From: Candidatus Bathyarchaeota archaeon
GTDB lineage: Archaea > Thermoproteota > Bathyarchaeia > 40CM-2-53-6
Direction of reading: 5' to 3'
Assembly (NCBI GenBank): GCA_963706285.1
Contig: CAVPLU010000004.1
Coordinates: forward strand, 160,001 to 224,000
DNA length: 64,000 bases
Shown here: positions 22,228 through 33,863 of the stretch, piece after piece
Layout: each line of letters starts with the position of its first letter
Numbering within the stretch: position 1 is the first letter of the stretch
Made by a program: the position numbers and the translations under genes
Notes under the pieces: model-generated
The model's input: the letters and a program-made list of their open reading frames with translations, nothing else
Databases searched by the model: none
Told to the model about the DNA's origin: nothing

Positions 22228-22692
22228 CTAGATGGTTGTAATGGATTCGCCGCCGTGCTTCTTCACGAGCAGGTTAATCGATTCCCGGTTCTGCTCCATT
22301 TTGGTTAACGTCTGCGTTAGCTGTTCCTCGATCGTGGTCCGAGCCTTATCTAAGTTGGCTATTCTGCCCTTGATTTCGTTGATGGAATCATCGATCGGTT
22401 TCTCGACTGCGACTCCAGCGCCTATGCCCATCACGATCTTTGAAACATCCGCGAGTTTCGCTCGAACATGGGAGCCAGCTCCGATCGGGATGAGAGCTTC
22501 CGTTTCTGTTTTCTGCGTCTTGATGCCTTGAAGAGTAGTTTGGGCGATTGCAGAGTCGCGTAGGGCAGCACTAACCAACTCAAGTCTCTCTTGTAGCGAC
22601 CGCGCGGATTCTTCTAAGACTCTTTGCTCCAACAAGAGTCTCTGGAACTCTTGGTCGTCGCTGGTGACTCTTACACTCGCCACTTTCTTCAA
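22228..22692 (-). CDS. pfdA: Prefoldin alpha subunit
   Basis: LIPIGAGSHVRAKL..VMGIGAGVAVEK between coiled coils. Confidence 0.93.
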   Translation of the reverse strand: MKKVASVRVTSDDQEFQRLLLEQRVLEESARSLQERLELVSAALRDSAIAQTTLQGIKTQKTETEALIPIGAGSHVRAKLADVSKIVMGIGAGVAVEKPIDDSINEIKGRIANLDKARTTIEEQLTQTLTKMEQNRESINLLVKKHGGESITTI

Positions 22693-22703
22693 CCTCCATG
22701 TCT

Positions 22704-22901
22704 TCAGACTTCAGTCTTCATTTCTTCGATCTTCTTGAGCTTGATCTCAAGTCTTCTGGCTTTGTGCCTACTACCCACCTCAGCATAGACTCGTTCGATC
22801 GCTTCTTGCTCTTTCGTTGCTCTCATTACCAACGCGAACGGAATAACAGTGCGGGGTTTCTTCACTTCACCCGTAATTCTGAAGGTCTTAACGTCAATCA
22901 A
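22704..22901 (-). CDS. rplX: 50S ribosomal protein LX (L18ae family)
   Basis: VKTFRITG, AIERVYAEVGSRHK. Confidence 0.92.
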   Translation of the reverse strand: MIDVKTFRITGEVKKPRTVIPFALVMRATKEQEAIERVYAEVGSRHKARRLEIKLKKIEEMKTEV

Positions 22902-22948
22902 CGAACATCACTAAGGGGGGAGGAGGTTCTATGGAAGATAGTCTCCAC

Positions 22949-23090
22949 TATAAAGCTGCCCAAGGTGCACCACGTCGTCACAAATCATAGCCTTGCTGAC
23001 TGCGCCAGAGTGTTCGACGTCTTGAGGTCGAGATCTGCCGATCTATCTGACCTTGACGGTGGGCGGTGCGAGTTCTCCAAACGTTTTTAT
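22949..23090. promoter_or_regulatory. Divergent TATA-like boxes for rplX (TTTATA, minus strand, 22949-22954) and rpl1 (TTTTAT, plus strand, 23085-23090)
   Basis: AT-rich boxes ~48 nt upstream of each start codon. Confidence 0.45.
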
Positions 23091-23137
23091 GAATCTCCGA
23101 ACATCAGCCTGCGGAACTTTCCAGAAGGAAAACGCGA

Positions 23138-23797
23138 TTGCCCCTAGCTAAGGATCAGCTTCTCACAGCCTTAGCAGGGCTTAGGAAACCGGATGCCAAA
23201 CATGGTTTCACTCACTCCATAGAGCTCATTGTTAAACTCAGAGAGATCGACCTGAAGAAGCCTGAGAACCGACTAAACGAGTCTGTTGAGCTTCCGAACT
23301 CCCTAGAGAAGGAAACAAAGGTATGCGTCATAGCAGGCGGGGACTTGGCAACAAGAGCGAAGGCAGGCCAAGCCGACTTGGTCATGGGGAGAGAAGACTT
23401 AGACAGGCTAGGGAAAGACAAGAAAGCGACCCGTAAGCTTGCATCTGAGTACGACTTCTTTATCGCCGAAGCACCCTTGATGCCTCTGGTTGGAAAGACG
23501 ATCGGCCAGATCCTAGGCCCGAAGGGTAAGATGCCTACGCCTGTCCCGCCTACCGCTCCAATTGATCAGATTGTTCAAAGTCACAGGAAACTTGTTCGGA
23601 TCCGAGTCCGAGAACAGCCTGTAGTCCAATGCCGGATCGGAACAGAAAAAATGCCTGACGAGAAGATCGCTGAGAACGCTCAAGCGATCTACAATCGGAT
23701 CGAAGCAAAGCTGGAACGCGGCGCCAAGAACATACGCCAAGTGCTAGTCAAGACCACCATGAGTGAACCCGTAAAGGTTCAGGTAACGAAGGGTTAG
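23138..23797 (+). CDS. rpl1: 50S ribosomal protein L1
   Basis: FTHSIELIV, GQILGPKGKMP, VKTTMSEP. Confidence 0.96.
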   Translation: MPLAKDQLLTALAGLRKPDAKHGFTHSIELIVKLREIDLKKPENRLNESVELPNSLEKETKVCVIAGGDLATRAKAGQADLVMGREDLDRLGKDKKATRKLASEYDFFIAEAPLMPLVGKTIGQILGPKGKMPTPVPPTAPIDQIVQSHRKLVRIRVREQPVVQCRIGTEKMPDEKIAENAQAIYNRIEAKLERGAKNIRQVLVKTTMSEPVKVQVTKG

Positions 23798-23800
23798 CTA

Positions 23801-24982
23801 ATGCTCACAAGACAAGCCACACATGTGGCTCCATGGAAGAAGGAGATGTTCCAAAGACTAGCAGAACTGATTGAGAAGCATCCGGTCGTGGCGATTGCAG
23901 ATCTTCAAAAAGTGAGATCATCACAGCTCCAAGAGATCCGAAAGAAGCTGCGCGGGCAAGCCGAAGTGCTCGTGGCAAAAAACACCATACTTCAGAAAGC
24001 AGCCACCTCCATGGATGTGAAGAAACCTCACATCAACGACTTCGCCGAGGGCCTCGTCGGCTCGAATCTTCTATTGTTCACAGGCATGAACCCTTATGCG
24101 CTCATCCTCTTTCTAAACAAGAACAAGGTTCGTGTTCCTGCCAAAGCCGGCGACACAGCAACAAGCGAGATCATGATTCCCGCGGGCAATACCGGGTTAC
24201 AGCCTGGGCCCGTTATCAGCGAGTTTGGAGAGGTTAAGGTCACAACTAGGATCGAGGGAGGCAGTATCTGGGTCGCAAAGGACACTGTCGTGGCCTCAAT
24301 AGGCGACACGATATCCCCGAAACTCGCGTCTCTGCTATCGAAACTCGGCATGAAACCAATGGAAGCCGGGCTATCGATAGTTCGAGCCTTCGACGAGGGC
24401 ACAGTCCTCAAACAGGAAGACCTACTCTTCGATCTCGAATCATACAAGAGCGACATTTCGGAAGCATGCAGAGACGCAATCGCGCTAGCAGTCGAGGTAG
24501 AATACATTCTACCCGAAACCGCTCCGATCATCATAGGCAATGCCTACCGCGAAGCGCTCTACATAGCGAACGAGACCGAGTTCGCAACCTCTGAGAACAT
24601 AGCAGACCTCGTCAAGCAAGCCTATTCAGAGATGAGGGTCCTCTCCGAAGCAGCCGCCCAAATCAACAGCGAAGCAGCAGCCAAGGACGCGCCGATCGCT
24701 TCGCCAAGTTCTGGACAAAAACCCGCCGAAACGAAACCTGGAACCAAACCATCCGAAGCGAAACCACCCGAACCTAAACCGGTCGAAGCAAAACCAAAAC
24801 CCTCTGAAACTAAGCCAGTTGAAGTAAAGCCGCCACAAGAGAAACCGCCGACAGTGAAGCCGTCCGAGACGAAGCTACCGGAAAAAGCTTCAGCGGCCAA
24901 ACCATCCGAAACGAAGACGGGAAGTGCGAAACCGCCGGAGAAGAAACGGCAGGAAAAGGTTGAAAAGAAGGCTAAACGGTAG
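23801..24982 (+). CDS. rpl10: 50S ribosomal protein L10/P0 with Pro/Lys-rich C-terminal extension
   Basis: [34 protein letters not shown]. Confidence 0.95.
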   Translation: MLTRQATHVAPWKKEMFQRLAELIEKHPVVAIADLQKVRSSQLQEIRKKLRGQAEVLVAKNTILQKAATSMDVKKPHINDFAEGLVGSNLLLFTGMNPYALILFLNKNKVRVPAKAGDTATSEIMIPAGNTGLQPGPVISEFGEVKVTTRIEGGSIWVAKDTVVASIGDTISPKLASLLSKLGMKPMEAGLSIVRAFDEGTVLKQEDLLFDLESYKSDISEACRDAIALAVEVEYILPETAPIIIGNAYREALYIANETEFATSENIADLVKQAYSEMRVLSEAAAQINSEAAAKDAPIASPSSGQKPAETKPGTKPSEAKPPEPKPVEAKPKPSETKPVEVKPPQEKPPTVKPSETKLPEKASAAKPSETKTGSAKPPEKKRQEKVEKKAKR

Positions 24983-25011
24983 CTGGCGAAGTCTATTACA
25001 AGGTGCGAGTC

Positions 25012-25317
25012 ATGAAATATATGTACGCCGCATTGCTGCTTCACTCAGCAGCACAGTCAGTCGACGAAGAGAATATTAAGAAAATCCTAACCGCAGCCGG
25101 TGTCAAGCCAGAGGAAGCCAGGGTCAAAGCTCTCGTAGCAGCCCTCTCCGAAGTCAAGATTGACGAGGCTCTAAAGGCAGCAAAGGCAGCACCCATTGCT
25201 GTCGCGGCGCCAACAGCCGCTGCACCAGCTGCAGGAAAGAAGGAAGAGAAGAAACCCGAAGACGACAAGAAGAAGGAAGAAGAAGCCCTAGCAGGTCTTG
25301 GGGCACTATTCGGCTGA
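25012..25317 (+). CDS. rpl12: 50S ribosomal protein L12/P1
   Basis: [11 protein letters not shown]...[12 protein letters not shown]. Confidence 0.97.
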   Translation: MKYMYAALLLHSAAQSVDEENIKKILTAAGVKPEEARVKALVAALSEVKIDEALKAAKAAPIAVAAPTAAAPAAGKKEEKKPEDDKKKEEEALAGLGALFG

Positions 25318-25453
25318 TTCCATGTGCTTGTCTTGGGCCATCTCTGCCTCAAAACGTTTTTTCTTGCTCTAACCCTTTAGCCAACAAGGCAGAGCAAGAA
25401 AGTTCTTTGTATTCACTGCGTCTTCTGCCTTGTGGGTCCGAAGGGGCGCCATA

Positions 25454-28209
25454 ATGGACATTGACGAGAAAGAGTTCGCGGTTCCTTTCTTCAAGGAGTT
25501 GGGATTCGCTAGACGTCGCTGCATCGGGTGCGGAAGCCACTTCTGGACACAGATGCCTGACCGTGCAACTTGCGGCGATGTTCCATGCGAAGAGTACACG
25601 TTCATTGGGAATTCGCCCGCTCGCAAGAGCCTTTCTCTGCGGGAAGCTCGCCAAACATTCCTATCATTCTTCGAGAGCAAAGGTCACAAGATAATCAAAC
25701 CTTATCCGGTTGTGGCTCGTTGGCGTGACGACGTCTACCTAGTCGGCGCATCCATATTTGATTTCCAACCTCTCGTGACAGAAGGTGTAATTCCACCACC
25801 GGCGAACCCGCTTGTCATCAGCCAACCCTGTCTACGATTCACGGATCTGGATAATGTTGGCCCAACCGCGGGGAGGCACCTTCTCATATTCGAGATGGGC
25901 GGGCATCACGCCTTCAACTATCCAGACAGACAAGTTTACTGGAAGGACGAAACGATCCGATATCACCACGAATTGCTTACTGACCGGCTCGGCGTAAGGT
26001 CAGATCTCGTCACTTACAAGGAACATTTCTGGTCAGGCGGAGGAAACGCTGGGCCCGACCTTGAAGCCTGCGTCAATGGTCTTGAGGTCTCTACGCTCGT
26101 TTTCATGCAATACAAAGCCATCGGCGATCAGCTATTTCCGCTTCCGATCAAGACTGTAGATACAGGCTACGGGATTGAGCGGTGGGCGTGGCTCACCCAG
26201 GCCTCACCAAGCTGTTTCTCAGTCATCTACGGACCGATACTGGATCGCATACTGACGCTTGCAGGGGTGAGCATAGATCCGAAGGTCATGATTGAGAACA
26301 CGAAAGTTTCAGGCATCATGAATATCGAGAAGAATTCAGACCGAATTGAGGCACGCAAGAAGGTTGCAGAGAGGCTTGGGATGGACTGGCATGAGCTTGA
26401 GGCAATTATTGTTCCGATCGAAAGGGCGTCCGCGGTAGCCGACCACACGAAGGCGATCTCTTTCCTGCTGGCCGAAGGCGTTGTTCCATCCAACGTGGCA
26501 GCCGGTTACCTTACACGACTGTTGATTCGAAGGACATACCGCATGCTACGGTTACTTGGAATCGAGGATCGTTTGGGCGAGATCACCGACATGCAGATCA
26601 GCCACTGGGGAGTTGATTTTCCGCATCTCAGCGAGATGAAGAATGAGATACTAGAAGCTCTCCGAGTTGAGGAAGGGAAGTTCAAGAAGACACTGGAACG
26701 AGGAAGTGAAATTGTCAGACGCATCTCAATTGATTTGAAAGCGAAACATCAAGACCGCATACCAACAGAGACACTTGTTCAACTCTACGACTCGCAAGGC
26801 CTCGTGCCGGACATCGTGCGAGATGAAGCCGAAAAGGAAGGAATCCGAGTTGACGTTCCCGGCAACTTCTTTGGGATGGTTGCTCAGAAGCATCTATCCG
26901 CAGCCAGCGAAGCTGAAGACGAATCAGAGAAGTTGCTGAAGGAGAAGGTCGCTCGGTTCCCTGAGACGACGCCTCTCTACTACACAGGATGTCTACCAGC
27001 AGGAATTCGAAGCGAAGGTTCTCGGAATCATAGACGATAATCACCTCGTGCTTGATCAGACGTGTTTCTATTCGGAGAGCGGCGGACAAGTCCGCCGACC
27101 AGGGCGTGATAGTGTCGTCGTTCGGTTCAGCGAAGGTAATCGATGTCCGACGCGTTGGCAAGGTTGCATTGCATTTGATCGATGGCCCTATGCCAAAGGT
27201 CGGCGAGAAGGTGAATGGAAAACTCGATTGGCAACGCCGGATTGCACTGATGCGTCATCACACAGCGACACATGTCGTGTTGGGAGCTGCAAGGAGGGTC
27301 CTCGGGCAACACGCTTGGCAGGCAGGTGCGCACAAAGGCGTCGAGAACGTGCGCCTCGACATTTCGCATTACGAGCGGATTACGGACGAGCAAGTTGCTG
27401 AGATCGAGAGGCTCGCCGGTGAGTTGATCATGAGATGTGTCCCGGTCGAGGCCACATGGATGCCACGAGAAAAGGCGGAACAGGAATACGGGTTCATTCT
27501 ATACCAGGGCGGCGTGGTCCCAGGAAGGGAGATCCGCGTCATCAAGATTGGTGACTGGGATGTTGAAGCCTGCGGCGGAACACACGTGAAGAACACGGGC
27601 GAGATCGGCTTGATCAAAGTGCTCAAGACCGAGCGCGTCCAAGACGGCGTTGAACGTCTCATATTTGCCGCCGGAACGGCCGCACTGAAGGTCATACAAA
27701 ACAGACAGGCAATACTAGAAAGGAGCGCTTCAATCCTCGACGCGCCTCTGGAGAAGGTGGACGAGTACGCGAGCTCCATCTCGGAAGAGAAAGACCGTCT
27801 AATTAAGCGTCTCCAAGACGTTCGGACCCAACTCGCGGCCGTTGAGTCGAAGAATCTTCTCTCACTTGCTGAAAAGATTGGAGAGATCAAACTGGTTACT
27901 GTCATGAAAAGGGTGGGTGAGGAAGAGGACATTGTAGCATTGTCAAACCAAATTGTCGAAGCTGACCCAACCGCCGTACTCGTGGCGACACTCGTCAGAG
28001 ACAACGTGAGGATCTTCGTCGCGGCCGGTAAGGATGCCATCAGGGCAGGGGTGCACGCAGGCAAAGTGGCAGGAGAACTTGCTAAGATAGTGGGCGGAGG
28101 AGGCGGCGGAAAAGAATACTTCGGGCAAGGAGGCGGAACCATGCTGAACAACGCTGAGGTTGCACTCACAACCGCAAAGAAGGTTATCCAATCCCATCTC
28201 AAGAGGTAA
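25454..28209 (+). CDS. alaS: Alanine--tRNA ligase; two +1 frameshifts (~26984 and ~27092)
   Basis: VVARWRDD, QPCLRF, FEMGGHHAF, VDTGYGIER; editing domain HHTATH..CGGTH; C-terminal GGGGGK; DQTCFYSESGGQ lies in the middle frame. Confidence 0.94.
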
Positions 28210-28215
28210 CAGGTA

Positions 28216-31123
28216 GTGGTTGTGGACTGGAAAGCGGTTCAGGAAAAGGTATTGAAGGACTGGGAAGAAGCTCGCATATTCGAGGCTGACCCCGACCCAT
28301 CTAAAGAGAAGTTCTTCATCACAGTCGCGTATCCATACCCTAACTCTCCGCAACACATTGGCCACGCCAGGACGTACACGATCACCGATGTCCACGCCCG
28401 ATACCTGCGAATGAGAGGCTACAACGTACTCTTCCCGATGGCGTTCCATTACACGGGAACACCGATTCTTGCAATGGCGGAGCGAATTGCTAAAGGAGAT
28501 CCAGAACTCGTCGACGACTTCCTCCGCATATATCATGTGCCCAAAGAGAAACTGAAGGATTTCACTGAGCCGATCGAGATAGCTCGCTACTTCCACGAGG
28601 AAGTGAAGCGCGGTATGAGGGACATGGGGTTTTCAATCGATTGGCGAAGAGAGTTCACAACCGTCGATCCAACTTACAGCCGCTTCATCGAGTGGCAATT
28701 TGGGAAACTACGTGAGAAAGGTCTGATCACCAAAGGTAGTCACCCAGTGGGATGGTGTCCGAACGACGGCAACCCGGTCGGCCAACACGATACCATCGGC
28801 GATGTAGAGCCAGAGATTGGACAGTACGTCTTGCTGAAGTTCAAGATGGGCGACGCTTTCCTCCCAACAGCTACTCTCAGACCCGAGACTGTGTTTGGAG
28901 TCACCAACATCTGGGTGAAGCCCGACATAGTCTATGTGAAAGCGAGAATTGATGCGGAGAACTGGATAATCAGCGAGCCGTGCCTCAAGAAGCTGGAATA
29001 CCAGAACCGCAAAGCAAGTGTCATCGAACGCGTGCAAGGAGCCAGTCTGATCGGGAAATCTGCAACAAATCCAATGACAGAGACTCCGGTGATCATTCTG
29101 CCAGCCGAATTTGTGGATCCTGAAAGCGCGACTGGCGTAGTGATGTCAGTTCCGGCGCACGCTCCATACGATTATCAGGCACTTGTAGATTTGGAGCGAA
29201 AGCCGGAAGTTCTGAGTCAGTTCGGTATTGCGAGAGACCTGGTTACGAAGCTTTCACCGATTGGTGTTGTCAAGCTTGAAGGGTACTCGGACGCTCCGGC
29301 GGTTGATGTGGTGAAACATCTAGGCATAGAAAAGCAGACCGATCCAAAGCTAGAGGAAGCCACAAGTGAGGTCTACAGCAAGGAATTCCATTCAGGACGC
29401 ATGAGAGACTACACAGGCACCTACGCAGGCCTATCCGTCTCAGAGGCGAGAGATCGAGTACGGGATGATCTGGTTGCGAAGGGCGGCGCCGATGTGATGT
29501 ATGAGATCATCAACAGACCAGTCACATGCAGGTGCGGCACGCAATGCATCGTGAAGATGTTTGAGAATCAATGGTTCATCAACTACGGCGACCCAAAATG
29601 GAAAGAACTCGCACGCGAGTGCCTCAGGTTGATGAGTATCCTCCCCGAGGAATTCCGAACTGAGATTGACTATGCAATCGGTTGGCTTAAGGAAAAGGCA
29701 TGCGCCCGGAAGTCCGGGCTTGGAACGCGCCTCCCATGGGATAAGGACTGGATCATCGAAAGCCTCTCTGACTCCGTCATATACATGGCGTATTACATAC
29801 TAGCGAAACACATCAGACGCCTCAAGCTGAAACCGGAACAGCTGTCAGACGAGATACTCGACTATCTCTTTCTCAGCCAAGGCGACGCGCAGAAGCTGGC
29901 GAAATCAGCTGGAATTGAGGATTCAAAGCTGAGAGAGATTCGGGATGAGTTTGCGTATTTCTATCCAGTCGATTCGAGACACTCGGGTAGAGATCTGATA
30001 CCGAATCATTTGACATTCTACATCTTCAACCATGCCGCCATATTCCCACGAGAGAAGTGGCCTCGCCAGATAGTTACCAACGGGAGCGTACTAATGGATC
30101 ACGCGAAAATGTCCAAATCATTTGGCAATATTATTCCGTTACGTGATGCAATCGCTCAGCATGGCGCCGATGCTGTTAGACTATCAACAGTCTCAGCAGC
30201 TGAGCTAATCCAAGACGTCGAGTTCAGCCACCAAGCTACCGAATCTCTACGTGAGAGAATCGAGCGAATGTACCTTCACGCTCAATCCATTGTTGCTGCT
30301 GGTCCCGCGAGCAGCACTGCAACCTACGGGGGGAACGAAGAGAAATGGATGCTCAGCAGACTTCAGAGTTGCATACGAGACACGACTGCCGCGATGGAAA
30401 AGTTGCGTGCGCGAGAGGCCGTTCACCATGCACTCTACGAGCTTGAGCAGGATCTGTCATGGTATATGAGGAGAGCCAAGGCGCGTTCGGGAATCAATCC
30501 CGACATTATCATGCGCGTATTAGACGCACGCGTTCGACTGATGGCGCCATTCACACCGTTCATCTCCGAAGCAACCTGGAGCATGATGGGAAAGCAAGGG
30601 TTCGTCTCAATTGCAGAGTGGCCGCATCCTGACATGGCTCTCATGAATGAGAAAGTGGAGGAAATCGAAAGCCTTCTCCAAACAACCGTAGAGGACGTGG
30701 CAAATATACTCAAGACAACCGGGATGAGCGTGAAGACACTCTACCTCTACACATCTGCAGAATGGAAATGGTCGCTGTATCTGAAGGCGCTTGAGATGGC
30801 CTCCAAGGGGTCCGTGGGAGTTCCAGAGCTGATGAAGGCCGCCTCAGCAGACCCAGCTCTGAAAGAGAGAATGAAGGAAATATCGAAGCTCGCTCCTAAA
30901 CTCGCCAAGGATTTACAGGTTACCGCACTTGACATGCAAGAGAAGAGGCGCAGACTAGGCAAGATCAGCGAACGCGAAGCCCTCGACAGACGCCGCAGCA
31001 TTCCTCAGCAAGGAATTCAAATGTGCGGTCACCGTTCACGAAGAAACGGACGAGAGAAAGTACGACCCGAAAGCGCGAGCTCAGACAGCTCAACCCTTCC
31101 GCCCAGCCATCTACATGGAATAG
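28216..31123 (+). CDS. leuS: Leucine--tRNA ligase; +1 frameshift at ~30985 (corrected C-terminus YDPKARAQTAQPFRPAIYME)
   Basis: YPYPNSPQHIGH, ATLRPET, KMSKS. Confidence 0.95.
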
Positions 31124-31213
31124 AACCCCATCTTGAGCCAGTGCTGGCTCCTGAGGCTCAACAAGGTGCATAGAAGAAAGCTGATATGAGCAACAGTCCA
31201 GTGTGCGCATAGC

Positions 31214-31342
31214 GGGCCCGTAGCTCAGCCTGGACAGCACCCCCGATGCGCAAGTCAGGGTGTTCAAAGCATCGGCCCTCTATGCCTACAACAGAGCGAG
31301 GCAAGCCGGGGGCCGTGGGTTCGAATCCCACCGGGCCCGCCA
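31214..31342 (+). tRNA. tRNA-Arg(TCT) with introns at 22/23 (31238-31267) and 37/38 (31283-31303); C at position 33
   Basis: GGGCCCG/CGGGCCC-G-CCA, A20, T-arm GTGGG-TTCGAAT-CCCAC; BHB helices GGAC/GTTC and CCTC/GAGG. Confidence 0.85.
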
Positions 31343-31388
31343 TTTCTACTAAGATATGGTTGGTTTGCCTTGATTGCAGCGTTCTTCC

Positions 31389-32711
31389 TCAGTTTACCCA
31401 GATTGTTTTCTTGCTCGTGAACTCGAGGAGTCCGTAGCGAGAGAGCTCTACTCCCAGGCCGCTCTTTTTCATGCCTCCGAAGGGTAGACGTGGGTCTGAG
31501 GAGACGATTTTGTTGATGAATACCATTCCGGACTCGATTTCGGAGACGAGTTTCTCTGCTTCTTCGGAGTCGCCCCAAATTGAAGCGCCAAGCCCGAAGG
31601 GTGTTTCGTTCGCTAGTTTGACGGCTTCCTCGTTCGTTCTGAATTTCTTGATGATGGCGACTGGGCCGAATACTTCCTCGTCGAAGAGTGTGTCGATTCG
31701 AGCGATGGTCGGCGGGATGAAATTGCCTTTCAGCCCGTCTGCTAGCTGTTCCACTTCGCCTATTGATTTCAGCCTTTTGACTTGGTCAGCTACTATGTCC
31801 TTCTGCTCCTTGCTTGAAAGTGGTCCGAGGAGCGTGTTCTTCTCGAGCGGGTCGCCGATCTTGACCTTGGAGAATTCCTCTTTCATGCCTTTAGCGAAGT
31901 TGTCGTATGCGTTCTCGTGGACTATGAATCTCTTTGATGCGATGCATGACTGGCCGTTGTTCTGGATTCGTGCATAAGCGCAATTCTTGATTGCTTCTCC
32001 CAAGTTGGTGTCATCGAGCACTATGTAGGGATCGGATCCACCGAGCTCTAGTACAGCTTTCCTGAGTTGCCTTCCAGCTTCCGTGGCGATCTTTGTGCCT
32101 GTGTCCGTCGATCCTGTGAACGACACGCCGTCTACATGTTTGATTACTTCTAGTGTCACATTTCCCCTGGCAACAACGGAACTGAATACGCTCAAGTCGA
32201 GGATCTCAGCTAGCTTGAGGCTTGTGCCCGAGACAATGGACGCGTGCTTCAAGAGAACGGCGTTCCCCGCGACGAGCGCCGGGATTGCAGCGCGGAATGC
32301 CTGCCACGCAGGGAAATTCCATGGCATGATCAGCAAGATTACCCCGAGCGGGTCGAATCTGATGTAACTCTTCTTCGCCTCAGTTTTGACATACTCCGGA
32401 GAAAGGAATGCTTTTGCATTGTCCAGTAAGTAGTCAGTCAGCCAAATGCACTTCTTGATCTCGTTCTCGCTTTGAGTAATGGGCTTCCCCATCTCGGTGC
32501 TCATGAGAACTGATAATTCGGGAAGTTTGTCTTCTATTTCCCTTCTAGTTTGTCTCAGCGCATCGAGCCGCGCGTCAAGGTCGAGTTTCCATTCTCGTTG
32601 GGCGTTCCTCAGTCCGGCAATTCTGTTCTTGATATCGTCTAGGCTTGCTTCTTCGTATTCCTGCAAAACCTGCTCAGTGTAGGGATTGATTGTCTTGATC
32701 GTCAAAGTCAA
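31389..32711 (-). CDS. NAD(P)-dependent aldehyde dehydrogenase (succinate-semialdehyde dehydrogenase-like)
   Basis: IMPWNFP, SFTGS, LELGGSDP, NNGQSCIA, EEVFGP, PFGGMKKSG. Confidence 0.93.
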   Translation of the reverse strand: MTLTIKTINPYTEQVLQEYEEASLDDIKNRIAGLRNAQREWKLDLDARLDALRQTRREIEDKLPELSVLMSTEMGKPITQSENEIKKCIWLTDYLLDNAKAFLSPEYVKTEAKKSYIRFDPLGVILLIMPWNFPAWQAFRAAIPALVAGNAVLLKHASIVSGTSLKLAEILDLSVFSSVVARGNVTLEVIKHVDGVSFTGSTDTGTKIATEAGRQLRKAVLELGGSDPYIVLDDTNLGEAIKNCAYARIQNNGQSCIASKRFIVHENAYDNFAKGMKEEFSKVKIGDPLEKNTLLGPLSSKEQKDIVADQVKRLKSIGEVEQLADGLKGNFIPPTIARIDTLFDEEVFGPVAIIKKFRTNEEAVKLANETPFGLGASIWGDSEEAEKLVSEIESGMVFINKIVSSDPRLPFGGMKKSGLGVELSRYGLLEFTSKKTIWVN

Positions 32712-32857
32712 CCATCTCGATATTCTCAAGATAGAACGAATGCAGATCCATCATAGAACCAGGCGTGTTTCGCTTATCTGGATGAGTGCCAACGCCTCGA
32801 CCTCCGCTGTGATATTGTCTTTAGCTAGTGTCTAGAAGCTTGCCTTGGTGTAGGAAT

Positions 32858-33676
32858 TCAGCGTTTCTGGCATCTCGGGCAGATGTAGCTTGCAGTGCTC
32901 CCGGTTCGGATCTTCTTCACTTTCGTCTTGCAGATGGGGCATGGCTTTCCTGGTTTGTACGCCACCATGTAGTGCTCAAGTCCATATCGCCCGCTTCGGC
33001 CATACAAATCTCTCTCATATCTCAGACCTCCAAGCTTGATGCTCTCATTCAAGACATCCCGTATGCTTTGGTGAAGTGCGTGGATATCTGATTCTCTCAG
33101 GGTCTTGATCGCACGCAGCGGATGAAGTCTAGCCCTAAACAGTATGTCTTGAACGTAGACGTTGCCTATTCCAGCAATATTTTTCTGATCCAGCAGGAAG
33201 CTCTTGATAGCTCCTCGTCGTCCTGAAAGGATTGAGCTAAGCTTTTCCACGGTGAACTCTTCATCTATTGGGGATATGCCTAGCTTGCCTGTCATCCTGT
33301 GCTCAGGTAATTCGTCATCAGATGCAACATGAATGTAGCCGAACCACCAGAAAGACGCGGTCAACTCAGTACCATCGCTGAATGTTAGGCGAAGTTGGCG
33401 CTTCTCCGGTAGCATGTCAGCGTTCTTGTGGTAGCGCAAGTCTCCTCCCATGCCAAGGTTCAGCAGAAGATTTTCCCTTGGCTCCAGATGCGTGAACAAC
33501 CACTTGCCATGTGCGTTTGTCACTCCCATTGTTTTCTTGATCATCCTACGGCGGGCTCTGTCCGGGAGCATGTTGAGGCATTTCGGTTGTTTCAACTCGA
33601 CCTGGCTAATGCGCTTTCTCGCAAGTCTTCTCGTCATCTGGCGGGCCAAATTCATAATTTCTGGAAGTTCAGGCAT
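32858..33676 (-). CDS. Fpg/Nei-family DNA glycosylase/AP lyase
   Basis: N-terminal MPELPE, GKWLF, LLDQKNIAGIGNVY (H2TH), CPIC..CPRCQ. Confidence 0.92.
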   Translation of the reverse strand: MPELPEIMNLARQMTRRLARKRISQVELKQPKCLNMLPDRARRRMIKKTMGVTNAHGKWLFTHLEPRENLLLNLGMGGDLRYHKNADMLPEKRQLRLTFSDGTELTASFWWFGYIHVASDDELPEHRMTGKLGISPIDEEFTVEKLSSILSGRRGAIKSFLLDQKNIAGIGNVYVQDILFRARLHPLRAIKTLRESDIHALHQSIRDVLNESIKLGGLRYERDLYGRSGRYGLEHYMVAYKPGKPCPICKTKVKKIRTGSTASYICPRCQKR

Positions 33677-33863
33677 AGTATCATCCTCCGCGATTGAATC
33701 TCAAGAGACCGCAGGCATGCTCATTTCATAGGATTCGAGTCTCTGCCAAGCGATTCACGCCACCAATCTCTGGACAAATTTCAACAATTCGCGGCCAATA
33801 TCCTTGAAGGTCTGTTGGTCTACTTGACTGAACCTCTTAATAGCAAACGGCCAGCTCTCATCA

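Noticed and set aside
27369-28596. Long antisense ORFs over alaS/leuS, and similar shadow ORFs elsewhere
   Set aside because: Shadows of well-supported genes on the opposite strand.
25454-31123. alaS and leuS (also asd, nep1, sdhA) as pseudogenes or programmed frameshifts
   Set aside because: Essential genes with isolated +1 insertions and no common motif; sequencing error is far more likely.
31277-31283. Reading the 31214 tRNA as an amber (CTA) suppressor or tRNA-Pyl, given the MtmB homolog
   Set aside because: Requires deleting a C, puts T at position 37 and breaks the BHB helix. The body has Arg identity elements, and the mtmB has no UAG.
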